This document shows positions 1 to 9,438 of a stretch of 64,000 nt of DNA, one piece after another (position 1 is the first letter of the stretch; each line of letters begins with the position of its first letter). This DNA comes from Gemmatimonadales bacterium (GTDB lineage Bacteria > Gemmatimonadota > Gemmatimonadetes > Gemmatimonadales > GWC2-71-9). The stretch is from the NCBI GenBank assembly GCA_046260395.1, contig JBHEPH010000007.1, forward strand, positions 163 to 64,162, written 5' to 3'. A program made the position numbers and the translations under genes. The notes under the pieces were generated by a model. The model was not told the DNA's origin. It saw nothing but the letters and a program-made list of their open reading frames with translations, and did no database searches.

Positions 1-669
1 GCTCGTGAGGCGATCAGCTCCGCCACCCTGAACCTGCGGGAGGGCAGCGAGCGTGCCGGGGAAGCGGTGGACGCGCTCCACGTGGCGGCGTTCATGCTGC
101 TGCGCGCCCGGGCCGATGTCTCGGGTTCGTCCTCGGGGTCGGGGATGGCCGAGGCCATGGAACGGATGGCGCAGATGGCGCAGCAGCAGGGCGGGATTGG
201 CCAGGATGCCTCGGGGCTGCTGTCCATGATGAATGCGCCGGCCTTTGATCAGCAGCTGGTGGAGCTGGCCTCCCGGCAGCGCCAGATGGCCCGCGCGCTC
301 GACCGATTGCGTGCGGAAACCGATGCCGGTGGGGCGGAGCAGTTCGCCGAGGAAGCGCGGGAGCTGGCTCGCCAGTTGGAGGCCGGCCGGCTCGATCCGG
401 AAACCGTGGCGCGCCAGGAACGTCTCTTCCGCCGGATGCTGGATGCCGGGCGGATGCTCCAGGGTGAGGAGCAGGATGAGCAGAAGGAGCGTCAGGGCAC
501 GACCGCCGAGGGGATCGATCCGCTGCTGCCGGCGGCGCTGCGCGACCGGTTGCGGGCAGCCGATGGCCGCCTCCGGCTGCCGAGCTGGGAGGAACTGCAG
601 CGGTTTTCGCCGGAAGAGCGGCGGCTGGTGGCGGATTACTTCCGGCGGCTCGGTGGGGGTGGGAGGTGA
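1..669 (+). CDS. 3' part of a gene entering from upstream; Q/R/E-rich helical protein, DUF4175-like C-terminus (tentative)
   Basis: Frame +1 is open from base 1 (AREAISSATLNLREG...) into the listed 67..669 ORF. Its stop TGA 667-669 overlaps the GTG 666 of the next gene. Confidence 0.6.
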   Translation, partial: AREAISSATLNLREGSERAGEAVDALHVAAFMLLRARADVSGSSSGSGMAEAMERMAQMAQQQGGIGQDASGLLSMMNAPAFDQQLVELASRQRQMARALDRLRAETDAGGAEQFAEEARELARQLEAGRLDPETVARQERLFRRMLDAGRMLQGEEQDEQKERQGTTAEGIDPLLPAALRDRLRAADGRLRLPSWEELQRFSPEERRLVADYFRRLGGGGR

Positions 670-2411
670 ACTGGCGTCGGGTGGTACTCGTCGCCGCGCT
701 GTTCCTTGGCGCGATCGGGACTGCCAATGCCCAGACGGCAGGGCAGGCCCAGCTGGCCGCGCGTGCGCTGGACCTCGAACGATCGGGCAACTACGCTGGT
801 GCCCTGAATGCGTACCGGGCCATGCTGGCGGAAGCGCCGGGTCAGGCCGGCGCGCTGCTTGGGTTGGAGCGCTCGCTGACGGCGCTGTCCCGATTGCCGG
901 AGATGATGACCGATCTCGCTCCCGTGCTGGCGCAAGACTCGGTGCCGGGCGTGGTCTATGGAATCGCCGTCCGCGTGCTGGTGGCCACGGGCGACCGCGA
1001 CCGCACGGCCGCCCTCGTTGAGCGTTGGGCCGCCTCAGTGCCGGGGAGTGAAGCGCCCTGGCAGGAGTGGGGAATGGCCGCCGTGGCGCGGCAGGACTTC
1101 GAGACCGGGCGCCGGGCGTTTGGGCTCGGTCGCGAACGGCTCGGCGGCGGCGCACTCTCGGTGGAACTGGCCCAGCTCGCCTCGATCGAGGGCCACTACC
1201 CGGTGGCGGTGCGGGAGTGGATTACCACACTCGATCGGCTGCCGACCTATCGGGCTGGTGCTGTCGCGATGCTGGGCCAGGCCGCGCCTGATCGGCGGCC
1301 CGAGGTGCTTCGGGTGCTTGGCGAGGCGCGATCACCGATCGCGGAGCGGCTGGCCGCAGTGCTCACCGCCCGTTGGGGTGACCCACTCGGCGGCCTGACG
1401 AGGCTGACGGCGGCCCTCCCTGGGGAGCGGGAGGAACGTCGGGCGGAACTCGAGGCGTTCCTGACGGAGGTGGCGGGACTTCCGATGACGGGCGGCCGCC
1501 TGGTGGAGGCACGCGTTCACGAGGCACTCGCCGGCCTGGTGGATCCGGAGGAGGCGGGCGGCCATTGGCTCGAGGCGGCGCAGGCCTACAGCGAATCGGG
1601 AGACAGTCCGTCCGCGCGCCGGATGCTGGGCCGCCTGACGGCCGCCAGCGAGGTGCCGCGGGAGGTGGCCAGTTCAGCCACGCTGGCGCTGGTGGGCGTG
1701 CTGGTGGACGAAGGCAAGCTGGCGGAGGCCGAAGCGCAGTTCGCCGACCTGCGGGAAATGCTCTCCACGGAAGAGCGGGAACGTCTCGGGCGCCGCCTCG
1801 CGACTGGCTGGCTGCGGGCGGGCGAGCTCGAACGCGCCGCCGTCCTTGCCGAAGCCGACAGCTCCCTCGAGGGCTTCGACCTGGCGGGGCGGATCCGGCT
1901 GTACCAAGGTGATCTCCTCGGCGCCGCCGACCTGCTGCGCGTCGCGGGCCCGTTCGCCGGCACGCGCCAGGAGGCCAACACCCGTTTGGTGTACCTGGCC
2001 TTGCTCCAGGTGATTGCCCGGGACAGCGTGCCGGGGCTCGGCGCGGCGCTCTACCAGCTCGAACTCCGCGACAGCGTCGTGGCGGGACGACAGCTGGCAC
2101 GCGTGGCGGCGGTGCTACCTCCGGATGCGGGCGGCGCGGAACTGCTGCTGATGGCCGGACGGATCCTGGCGGAACAGGACCAGCTGGAGGACGCCGAGCC
2201 GCTCCTGATCCGCGCGGCGGCCACCGCCGCGCCTGCGGCGGCGGCGGGCGCCGCGCTGGAGCTGGCGAGGCTGGAAGCGGGGAGTGGCCGCGCCACCGCC
2301 GCTCGGGTACGCCTGGAGCAATTGATCCTGGCCTGGCCCACCAGTGCCGTGACACCGGAGGCGCGGCGGATGCTGGACCAGCTGCGGGGTGGGGTCCCGG
2401 TGGGGCGATGA
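666..2411 (+). CDS. exported TPR-like helical repeat protein
   Basis: Signal peptide VNWRRVVLVAALFLGAIGTANAQ. Ala/Leu-rich TPR-like repeats throughout. GTGA overlap upstream and ATGA overlap downstream. Confidence 0.75.
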   Translation: MNWRRVVLVAALFLGAIGTANAQTAGQAQLAARALDLERSGNYAGALNAYRAMLAEAPGQAGALLGLERSLTALSRLPEMMTDLAPVLAQDSVPGVVYGIAVRVLVATGDRDRTAALVERWAASVPGSEAPWQEWGMAAVARQDFETGRRAFGLGRERLGGGALSVELAQLASIEGHYPVAVREWITTLDRLPTYRAGAVAMLGQAAPDRRPEVLRVLGEARSPIAERLAAVLTARWGDPLGGLTRLTAALPGEREERRAELEAFLTEVAGLPMTGGRLVEARVHEALAGLVDPEEAGGHWLEAAQAYSESGDSPSARRMLGRLTAASEVPREVASSATLALVGVLVDEGKLAEAEAQFADLREMLSTEERERLGRRLATGWLRAGELERAAVLAEADSSLEGFDLAGRIRLYQGDLLGAADLLRVAGPFAGTRQEANTRLVYLALLQVIARDSVPGLGAALYQLELRDSVVAGRQLARVAAVLPPDAGGAELLLMAGRILAEQDQLEDAEPLLIRAAATAAPAAAAGAALELARLEAGSGRATAARVRLEQLILAWPTSAVTPEARRMLDQLRGGVPVGR

Positions 2412-3697
2412 GGCGGCGCGATTTCGTGGCAGGCAGCCTCGCCGCAGCGACGGTGCTGGGCGGGCCCCTGCCGCTCTGGGCGCGCGGGGCGCGGAACCCG
2501 TGGCTGCTGATCCCGATGGATGACAGCCAGTCGGACCACCTCAAGGCATATGGCGTCACCTTCCGCCTCCTGGAGCGCGGCCTGCAGGGCGAATGGCTCC
2601 TGAACTACCGGGGAGGCTCCTTCCTCCTGCCCGCCGACGGCGCCACGACCCGCGACGCGCTGCTCGCCGGGGTGCGGGCGGAGCCGCTGGACGACCGTGG
2701 CCTGGCCGAGGTCCGTGGGGTGATCGCGGCGAGCAACATGGAGGCTGTGCCGCTGGAGAAGGCGCCACGCGTGGCCGTGTATGCCCCACCCAACGCTGCG
2801 CCGTGGGATGACGCCGTGACGATGGCCATGCAGTACGCGGGGATCCGGTTCGACCAGGTGTGGGATCCGGAGGTCGTGGGCGACGGGCTGGCACGCTACG
2901 ACTGGCTGCACCTCCATCATGAGGACTTCACGGGGCAGTACTCCAAGTTCTTCCTGAACTACACCGGCGCGCCGTGGCTGATGGAGATGATCGAGCGGAA
3001 CCAGCGCAACGCGCGCCAGTTCGGCTTTGACCACGTGCCGGCGCTGAAGCGGGCGGTGGCCCAGCGGATTGCCGGGTTCGTGGACAATGGCGGGTTCCTC
3101 TTTGCCATGTGCACCGCGACCGAGACGCTGGACCTGGCGCTGGCCAGCAGCGACACCGATATCGCCGCCAGCTATGCCGACGGCTCGCCGATGGACCGTG
3201 ATGCCGCGGCGCGGATGCGCTGGGAGCAGGCGCTCGCGTTCCAGGATGCCCGGCTGGAGATGAGCCCCGCCGTGGCGGTGTTCAGTGACATTGACGGTCA
3301 CCAGGTCAACGCCCCGGAGCGCCGGCAGGCGCTCGGGAGCTTCCAGCTCTTCAACTTCAGCGCCAAGATCGATCCGGTGCCGACGATGCTGGTGCAGAAC
3401 CACCGGCAGGTCATCCCTGACTTCTACGGGCTGACGACCTCCTTCTCGCGACGCACGCTCAAGCCCGGCATCACGATCCTGGCGGAGGAGGTGGGTGCGC
3501 CCTGGGTCAAGTACATCCGCGGTGACCGGGGCCGTGGCACGTGGACCTTCTACGGCGGCCACGATCCCGAGGATCCGCAGCATGCCATCGGGGATGCCCC
3601 GACTGACCTGTCCATGCATCCGCACTCGCCGGGGTACCGGCTCATCCTCAACAATGTCCTCTTCCCGGCGGCAAAGAAGAAGGAACTGAAGACGTGA
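2408..3697 (+). CDS. Tat-signal exported protein of unknown function
   Basis: Twin-arginine leader MRRRDFVAGSLAAATVLG. 429-aa ORF with normal composition. Overlaps both neighbours by 4 nt. Confidence 0.75.
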   Translation: MRRRDFVAGSLAAATVLGGPLPLWARGARNPWLLIPMDDSQSDHLKAYGVTFRLLERGLQGEWLLNYRGGSFLLPADGATTRDALLAGVRAEPLDDRGLAEVRGVIAASNMEAVPLEKAPRVAVYAPPNAAPWDDAVTMAMQYAGIRFDQVWDPEVVGDGLARYDWLHLHHEDFTGQYSKFFLNYTGAPWLMEMIERNQRNARQFGFDHVPALKRAVAQRIAGFVDNGGFLFAMCTATETLDLALASSDTDIAASYADGSPMDRDAAARMRWEQALAFQDARLEMSPAVAVFSDIDGHQVNAPERRQALGSFQLFNFSAKIDPVPTMLVQNHRQVIPDFYGLTTSFSRRTLKPGITILAEEVGAPWVKYIRGDRGRGTWTFYGGHDPEDPQHAIGDAPTDLSMHPHSPGYRLILNNVLFPAAKKKELKT

Positions 3698-6192
3698 GCC
3701 GACTGTCCGCCGGGGTGCGCGACCGGATCGCCTCGGAGATCACGGCGGCACGCGGCCGGGAGGTCTGCTTCGTCGGGACCGTGAACGCGGAGGGGTTCGT
3801 CACCGACGTGCGCGTGGCCGCCCGCGGCACCCCGGACATGGTGCTCGCCCTGCCGGGGTTCGCGCGCCAGGGCGAGATCCTGCTGCACAACCACCCCACC
3901 GGTAACTTGGAGCCCTCCGCCGCCGACCTCTCGGTGGCGGCGCGCCTCCATGACGGCGGCGTCGGCTTCGGCATCGTCTCCAACGATGCCTCCGAGTGCT
4001 ACATCGTGGTCGAGGTGCCCAGGGCCACGCCTGAGGTGCGGCTCGATCCCTTCGATGTCATCGCCACGCTCGGTGAGCACGGGCCGGTGGCGCGGGTGCT
4101 GGGCGCCTTCGAGGACCGGCCCAGCCAGCGCGACATGGCGGCTCACATCACCGACGCCTACAACGACGGGGGCACGGTACTCCTCGAGGCGGGTACGGGG
4201 GTGGGGAAGTCCTTTGCCTACCTGACGCCGGCGCTGCTCTGGGCACGGGCCAACAAGGAACGCACCATCGTCAGCACCAACACCATCAACCTGCAGGAGC
4301 AGCTTGTCGGCAAGGACCTGCCGATGCTCCGCGAGGCGCTGGGCACCGAGGACTACACGCCGACCTTTGCGCTCCTCAAGGGCTGGCGCAACTACCTCTG
4401 TCTCTCGCGGCTGCAGCTCGCCGCCGTCGGCCAGCAGTCGCTGCTGGAAGCCGAGCGCCAGGATGAGGTGGTCACCATCACGGCGTGGTCCGCGCGCACC
4501 AGTGATGGCACGCTGGGCGACCTGCCCTTCACGCCCAGCCCGGAAGTCTGGGACGAGGTCTCCGCGGAATCCGACCTCTGTACCAGGCTCAAGTGCAGCT
4601 TCTTCGATCGCTGCTTCCTGTTCAAGGCGCGCCGCAAGGCGGCGGAGGCGGATATCGTCGTGGTGAACCACCACCTCCTGGCCGCTGACCTGTCCGTGCG
4701 GCAGGCCTCCGAGAACTGGCAGGACGCGGCGGTGCTGCCCCCCTACCAGCGGCTGATCCTCGACGAGGCCCACCATCTCGAGGATGTCTCGGCGCACCAC
4801 CTCGGCGTGCAGGTCACCAGCCGCGGGGTCCGCCGCCTGCTGGCACGCTTCGAGCGCAACGGCAAGGGGCTGGTGCCCTCGCTGGGCGCTGAGCTGGCCG
4901 GCAGCGGCGACCTCCTCAGCAAGGCGAGCCAGGACCTGCTGCGGCAGCGGGTCATCCCGGCGGTGGTGGATGCGCGCCGGGTCAGCGAGGCGGTGTTCGC
5001 CCGGCTGCACCTGCGGCTCGAGAGTACCGGTGGCACCCTGCGCCTGGACGATGACTTCGGCCAGGATCCGGTGTGGGGTGAGGGACTGGACACCGAAGTG
5101 GCGGCGCTGCTGGGTTCGTTCCGTGAGCTCAAGGACCTGGTCGAGACGATCGCCGACCGGATGAGCCAGATCGAGGCCACCGAGCGCCGCACCCAGCTGG
5201 TGGCGGAGATGCGAGGCGTGGTGCGGCGGCTGGAGTCGGCGTCGGATGGCCTGAACGCCGCCCTGCGGCCGTCGCCCGGCGGTGCCCCGACGGTGCGCTG
5301 GATCGACCGCACCGGCCCGCGGGGACAGCAGGTGGCGCTCCATGCCGTGCCCCTGGACCTGGCGCCAATCCTGCGCGACCTGATCTTCGATCGCGTCAAG
5401 ACGGCGGTGTTGACCAGCGCCACCCTCGCGGCATCGGGTGATTTTCAATTCCTCGAATCCCGCATCGGCCTGAGCGGCGCCGACAGCCCGGTCACGGTGC
5501 GCGAGATGCTCGCCTCGCCGTTTGACTACGGCGCGCAGTGCCTCTTCGGCATCCCCGCCGACCTCCCCGACCCGCGCGAGGACGAGGCGGCCCACGACGC
5601 CGCGATCTGCCAGGCGGTGCAGGAGGTGGCCTGGGCGTCTGACGGCGGAATGTTCGTCCTGTTCACCAGCCATGCGGCCCTGCGGCGGGTGGCCGATGAG
5701 CTGCGGCGCACCCTGGACCCCCGCTGGCCGCTGCTGGTGCAGGGCGGCGCCCCGCGCGACCAGCTGTTGCGCCGCTTCCGCGAGGCGGGAAACGCCATTC
5801 TGCTGGGCACCGACTCGTTCTGGGAGGGGGTGGATGTGCCCGGGCGGGCGCTGCGCGCGCTGGTCCTCTGCAAGCTACCTTTCAAGGTTCCCTCGGAGCC
5901 GGTGACGGCGGCCCGGCTGGAGCGGCTGGCGGAGCAGGGGGAGGACGGGTTCATGGGGTATCTGCTGCCCCTGGCGGCCCTGAAGCTCAAGCAGGGGTTC
6001 GGCCGGCTCATCCGCAGCCGCACCGACGTCGGCGTGGTGCTGCTGCTCGACAGCCGGGTGCTCACCAAGCGGTACGGACGGCTGATGCTAAGCGGGTTGC
6101 CGAAGGCGGACAGGGTGGAAGGGCGCTGGACGGAGGTTCGGGCCCGTTGTGAAGACTTCTTTGCGCGCCACAGCATTGGGGCGGAGGTATAG
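3694..6192 (+). CDS. dinG: RadC/JAB (JAMM) domain fused to a DinG/XPD-family ATP-dependent Fe-S DNA helicase
   Basis: N-terminus has GREVCFVG...EILLHNHPTGNLEPSAADL (E..HxHx7SxxD). Helicase part has Walker A EAGTGVGKSFAYL, four Cys (NYLCLSRL, LCTRLKCSFFDRC) and a DEAHHLED box, plus a C-terminal helicase lobe (LLGTDSFWEGVDVPG). GTG start overlaps the upstream stop. Confidence 0.85.
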   Translation: MSRLSAGVRDRIASEITAARGREVCFVGTVNAEGFVTDVRVAARGTPDMVLALPGFARQGEILLHNHPTGNLEPSAADLSVAARLHDGGVGFGIVSNDASECYIVVEVPRATPEVRLDPFDVIATLGEHGPVARVLGAFEDRPSQRDMAAHITDAYNDGGTVLLEAGTGVGKSFAYLTPALLWARANKERTIVSTNTINLQEQLVGKDLPMLREALGTEDYTPTFALLKGWRNYLCLSRLQLAAVGQQSLLEAERQDEVVTITAWSARTSDGTLGDLPFTPSPEVWDEVSAESDLCTRLKCSFFDRCFLFKARRKAAEADIVVVNHHLLAADLSVRQASENWQDAAVLPPYQRLILDEAHHLEDVSAHHLGVQVTSRGVRRLLARFERNGKGLVPSLGAELAGSGDLLSKASQDLLRQRVIPAVVDARRVSEAVFARLHLRLESTGGTLRLDDDFGQDPVWGEGLDTEVAALLGSFRELKDLVETIADRMSQIEATERRTQLVAEMRGVVRRLESASDGLNAALRPSPGGAPTVRWIDRTGPRGQQVALHAVPLDLAPILRDLIFDRVKTAVLTSATLAASGDFQFLESRIGLSGADSPVTVREMLASPFDYGAQCLFGIPADLPDPREDEAAHDAAICQAVQEVAWASDGGMFVLFTSHAALRRVADELRRTLDPRWPLLVQGGAPRDQLLRRFREAGNAILLGTDSFWEGVDVPGRALRALVLCKLPFKVPSEPVTAARLERLAEQGEDGFMGYLLPLAALKLKQGFGRLIRSRTDVGVVLLLDSRVLTKRYGRLMLSGLPKADRVEGRWTEVRARCEDFFARHSIGAEV

Positions 6193-6813
6193 GTGAGCGT
6201 GGGGCCGTCGAAGATCGTCTGCGTCGGGCGTAACTACGCCGAGCACGCCAGGGAGTTTGGGAACGCGGTGCCGGAGAAGCCACTGCTGTTCCTGAAGCCG
6301 CCCAGCGCGCTCATTGGCCCCGGCGAGCCGATCCTGCTGCCGCCGGAATCGGAGCGGGTGGAGCACGAGGCGGAGATTGCCGTGGTGGTGGGACGGCGGC
6401 TCCGGTTCGTCTCCCCTGCGGAGGCGGAGTTGGCGATCGGTGGGATCGCCTGTGCCAATGATGTCACCGCACGCGACCTTCAGCGTGCCGACAGCCAGTG
6501 GACGCGCGCCAAGGGGTTTGACTCCTTCTGCCCCGTGGGACCCACGGTCACTGGCGTCGATTGGCGCAGCCTGGAAGTCATCGCCCGTGTGAACGGCGAG
6601 GAGAGGCAGCGTGGCAAGTCCTCAGAAATGGTGTTCTCGATCCCCGAGCTGCTGGCATACATCTCCACGATCATGACGCTGGAGGAGGGGGACCTGGTGC
6701 TGACGGGCACGCCGGCCGGCACCGCGCCACTCGATGATGGTGACGTGGTGGAGATCGAGATCCCGGGCGTTGGGATCCTCAGCAATCCGGTCAGAAAGGC
6801 GCGGGGGGGATGA
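6193..6813 (+). CDS. fumarylacetoacetate hydrolase (FAH) family protein
   Basis: KIVCVGRNYAEHAREFGN, HEAEIAVVVGR and LTGTPAGT motifs are typical of small FAH/2-keto-4-pentenoate hydratase-like enzymes. Confidence 0.85.
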   Translation: MSVGPSKIVCVGRNYAEHAREFGNAVPEKPLLFLKPPSALIGPGEPILLPPESERVEHEAEIAVVVGRRLRFVSPAEAELAIGGIACANDVTARDLQRADSQWTRAKGFDSFCPVGPTVTGVDWRSLEVIARVNGEERQRGKSSEMVFSIPELLAYISTIMTLEEGDLVLTGTPAGTAPLDDGDVVEIEIPGVGILSNPVRKARGG

Positions 6814-8012
6814 TCGAGTTCAGCCGCCGGATCCAGACGCTCCCGGGCTATCCCCTCGCCGAGATTCCCGCCATCAAGAAGCGCCTGCTGGCCCAGGGCG
6901 TCGACCTGATCGACCTTGGGGCTGGTGACAACGACACCCCACCGCCCGCGCCGGTCATCGAGGCGATGCACGCCGCGATCAACGATCCGGCAATGAGCAA
7001 GTACGGCTTCCAACAGGGGCTCGCGGATTTCCGGCGGGCTGCCGCCGGGTACCTCGAGCGTCGCTTCGGCCAGGTCTTTGACCCCACCACCGAATTGGTG
7101 CCCCTGATCGGGCTGAAGGAGGGGTTGGCGCACCTGCCGTTCCTGGTGCTCAACCCGGGCGATGTGGCCATCGTCCCTGAGCCGGGCTATCAGGCCTACC
7201 TCGGGGGGACGCTGCTGGCCGGCGGGGAGCCCTACGTGTATCCGCTCCGCGCCGAGGAAGGGTTTCGGGTGGATCTGGACCGGGTTCCCGCCGACGTGCT
7301 GGCCCGGACCCGGCTGCTTTTCGTGAATTATCCGAACAACCCCACGGCGGCGGTGGCGGATCTGGCCTATCTCGAGCGGCTGGTGGCCACCTGTCGCCGG
7401 CACGATATCCTGCTGGCGTACGACAATGCCTACTGCGACCTGACGTACGACGGTTACGTGGCGCCGGGCATCTTTGAGGTAGACGGAGCTCGCGAGGTGG
7501 CGATCGAGTTCCATTCCCTCTCGAAGAGCTTCTCGATGACCGGCTGGCGGATCGGTTTTGCGGCAGGGAATGCCCGGCTGATCGGCGGGCTGACGCGGGT
7601 CAAGTCCTACACCGATACCGGCCCGTTCCTGGCGGTTCAGCGCGCGGCCGCGACGGCACTCGACCACGCCGAGGCGCTGGTGGCGCCGATTCGGGCCGAG
7701 CTCGGGCATCGCCGGGATGCCGGCGTGGCGGCGCTCCGCGAGGCCGGTTTTCCCGTCGAGATCCCGCTGGCCGCGATGTACCTGTGGGTGCCGTTGCCAG
7801 CCGGCGTGTCCTCGGCGCCATTCGCCAGGCATGCGCTGGAGTCGGAGGGAGTGGTGGTGTTGCCAGGCAGCGCCTTCGGCCCGGCAGGGGAAGGCTACTT
7901 CCGGATCGCGTTGACCGTGGGTGCCGAGCGCCTGCAGGAGGCGGTGAGGCGGCTCGGGCGGACACTGGCGGCGCTGCGCGGCGGAGAGGCCGAGGTTGCG
8001 GCCTCCGCTTGA
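6810..8012 (+). CDS. class I/II PLP-dependent aminotransferase (LL-diaminopimelate aminotransferase-like)
   Basis: NYPNNPT and SLSKSFSMTGWRIGF (PLP-lysine motif). 400 aa. ATGA overlap with the FAH gene. Confidence 0.85.
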   Translation: MIEFSRRIQTLPGYPLAEIPAIKKRLLAQGVDLIDLGAGDNDTPPPAPVIEAMHAAINDPAMSKYGFQQGLADFRRAAAGYLERRFGQVFDPTTELVPLIGLKEGLAHLPFLVLNPGDVAIVPEPGYQAYLGGTLLAGGEPYVYPLRAEEGFRVDLDRVPADVLARTRLLFVNYPNNPTAAVADLAYLERLVATCRRHDILLAYDNAYCDLTYDGYVAPGIFEVDGAREVAIEFHSLSKSFSMTGWRIGFAAGNARLIGGLTRVKSYTDTGPFLAVQRAAATALDHAEALVAPIRAELGHRRDAGVAALREAGFPVEIPLAAMYLWVPLPAGVSSAPFARHALESEGVVVLPGSAFGPAGEGYFRIALTVGAERLQEAVRRLGRTLAALRGGEAEVAASA

Positions 8013-8907
8013 CCTGGACTTGCCGCGCCGGCGTGCGCGGCCGTGGGTGGCGATCGCAATCAGCGTCGCCATCCACAGCCTGCTGCTGCTCGTGACCATC
8101 AACCCGTGGCTGCCACCACGCCGTCCCTCCAACCGCCCGCCACTGCTGCCGATGCCGCGCACGAGCGACGGCCCCGTGGCGGTGGACATGGTCTTCCTGG
8201 TGCCGGCGGAGGGGCAGGGAAGCGGCGACCAGCCCGGGGTGGAGCGCATGGTCCCCGAGGTGGTGGGGCCGGCGCCCGAGCCCACGCCGCTGCAACCGGT
8301 CCCGGACCCCCGGCCGGTCGTGATCTCCAGGGACACCGGTGCCTTCACGCCCATCCGCCCCCCGGAGCAGCCGGGCGTGGCCCCGCGCGGCGGGATTCAG
8401 CGGATCGGTCCCGCGCTGGGTGAGGGCACGCTGTGGGTGCGGCCCCTCCCGCTGCCACCCCGTGAACTCGCCGAGGTGCTGACGCAGCGCTCGCACATCG
8501 AACTGGTGGACAGCGCGGTCAGCGCCATCGTGCAGGCATACCTGGACTCGGTGATGACCTCCCCCTCGCGCCCCGGGGCGCCGGCGCCCAGCTGGACCAC
8601 CGACATTCAGGGCCAGACGTTTGGCATCGACAGCAAGTACATCTACCTCGGCCCGCTGCGGATTCCCGCGGCATTGCTGGCGCTGCTGCCGATCCAGGGG
8701 GGCGGCAACATGGATCTCCAGGAAGGCCGCCGGCTGGCCGCGATCCGTGCCGATCTGCAGTACGCTGCCCGGCGGGCCGAAACGATGGATGATTTCCGGA
8801 AGGCGATCCGCGAGATCCGCGAGCGGCGTGACCAGGAGCGCGAGTTCGAGCGCAATCGGCGCAGCGCGCCGCCCCCGATTCCCCCCGACACCTCGCGGTC
8901 CCGATGA
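7996..8907 (+). CDS. membrane-anchored Pro-rich hypothetical protein
   Basis: N-terminal TM helix WVAIAISVAIHSLLLLV followed by a Pro-rich linker. TTG start is uncertain. ATGA overlap with the next gene. Confidence 0.55.
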   Translation: MRPPLDLDLPRRRARPWVAIAISVAIHSLLLLVTINPWLPPRRPSNRPPLLPMPRTSDGPVAVDMVFLVPAEGQGSGDQPGVERMVPEVVGPAPEPTPLQPVPDPRPVVISRDTGAFTPIRPPEQPGVAPRGGIQRIGPALGEGTLWVRPLPLPPRELAEVLTQRSHIELVDSAVSAIVQAYLDSVMTSPSRPGAPAPSWTTDIQGQTFGIDSKYIYLGPLRIPAALLALLPIQGGGNMDLQEGRRLAAIRADLQYAARRAETMDDFRKAIREIRERRDQEREFERNRRSAPPPIPPDTSRSR

Positions 8908-9347
8908 GACTGGTCGATCCTGAAGAGACCGTGATCGTGGTGGTCGGCACGACGCCGGCGGCGCTGGAACACGACCGCCTGCATGCCGAGCGGATCCGCG
9001 ACGAGATTGATCGCCGCGGAGCCGGGCAGCCGTGGCGCCGGGCAGTGGTGGTGAGCGACGAACAGTACTTCCTGGCCGGCACGCTGATGTCCAGCACGGT
9101 GGTTGTGATCGGTGGGCCGGGGAGCAATGCCGTCGCAGCGCACTATGCCGACCGCACGCCGACGGTGTTCGCGCAGGAGGACCGCTTCTGGGTGCAGGCG
9201 GATTTCGACGGTGATCCGCGGCGGGTTTCCCTGTGGGGCGTGAACCGCGCCGCCACCGCCGAGGCGGTGACGGCGTTCCTGGAGCGGGGCTACCTGGATG
9301 GGCTGCTGGAGCGGATCTGGCGGGTGCGGCCGGGGATGGTGATGTAA
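8904..9347 (+). CDS. hypothetical protein
   Basis: 147-aa ORF with normal composition, translationally coupled to the upstream gene. Stop TAA 9345-9347. Confidence 0.55.
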   Translation: MRLVDPEETVIVVVGTTPAALEHDRLHAERIRDEIDRRGAGQPWRRAVVVSDEQYFLAGTLMSSTVVVIGGPGSNAVAAHYADRTPTVFAQEDRFWVQADFDGDPRRVSLWGVNRAATAEAVTAFLERGYLDGLLERIWRVRPGMVM

Positions 9348-9426
9348 GGAGAAGCGAGAAGTGAGAAGTGCGCGGTGAGAAGTGAGCAGTGAGAAGTGAG
9401 CAGTGAGTAGTGAGAAGTGAGCAGGG
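9348..9426. repeat. one-armed array of about 11 heptanucleotide repeats (TGAGAAG/TGAGCAG)
   Basis: Read directly: ggagaag cgagaag tgagaag tgcgcgg tgagaag tgagcag tgagaag tgagcag tgagtag tgagaag tgagcag. It starts right after a stop codon. A 7-nt period is incompatible with coding. Confidence 0.9.
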
Positions 9427-9438
9427 AACAGGACGTAG

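Noticed and set aside
9348-9426. Heptad repeat arrays as a possible CRISPR array.
   Set aside because: The repeat period is 7 nt, there are no unique spacers and no cas genes. The arrays are paired with inverted arms to form hairpins.
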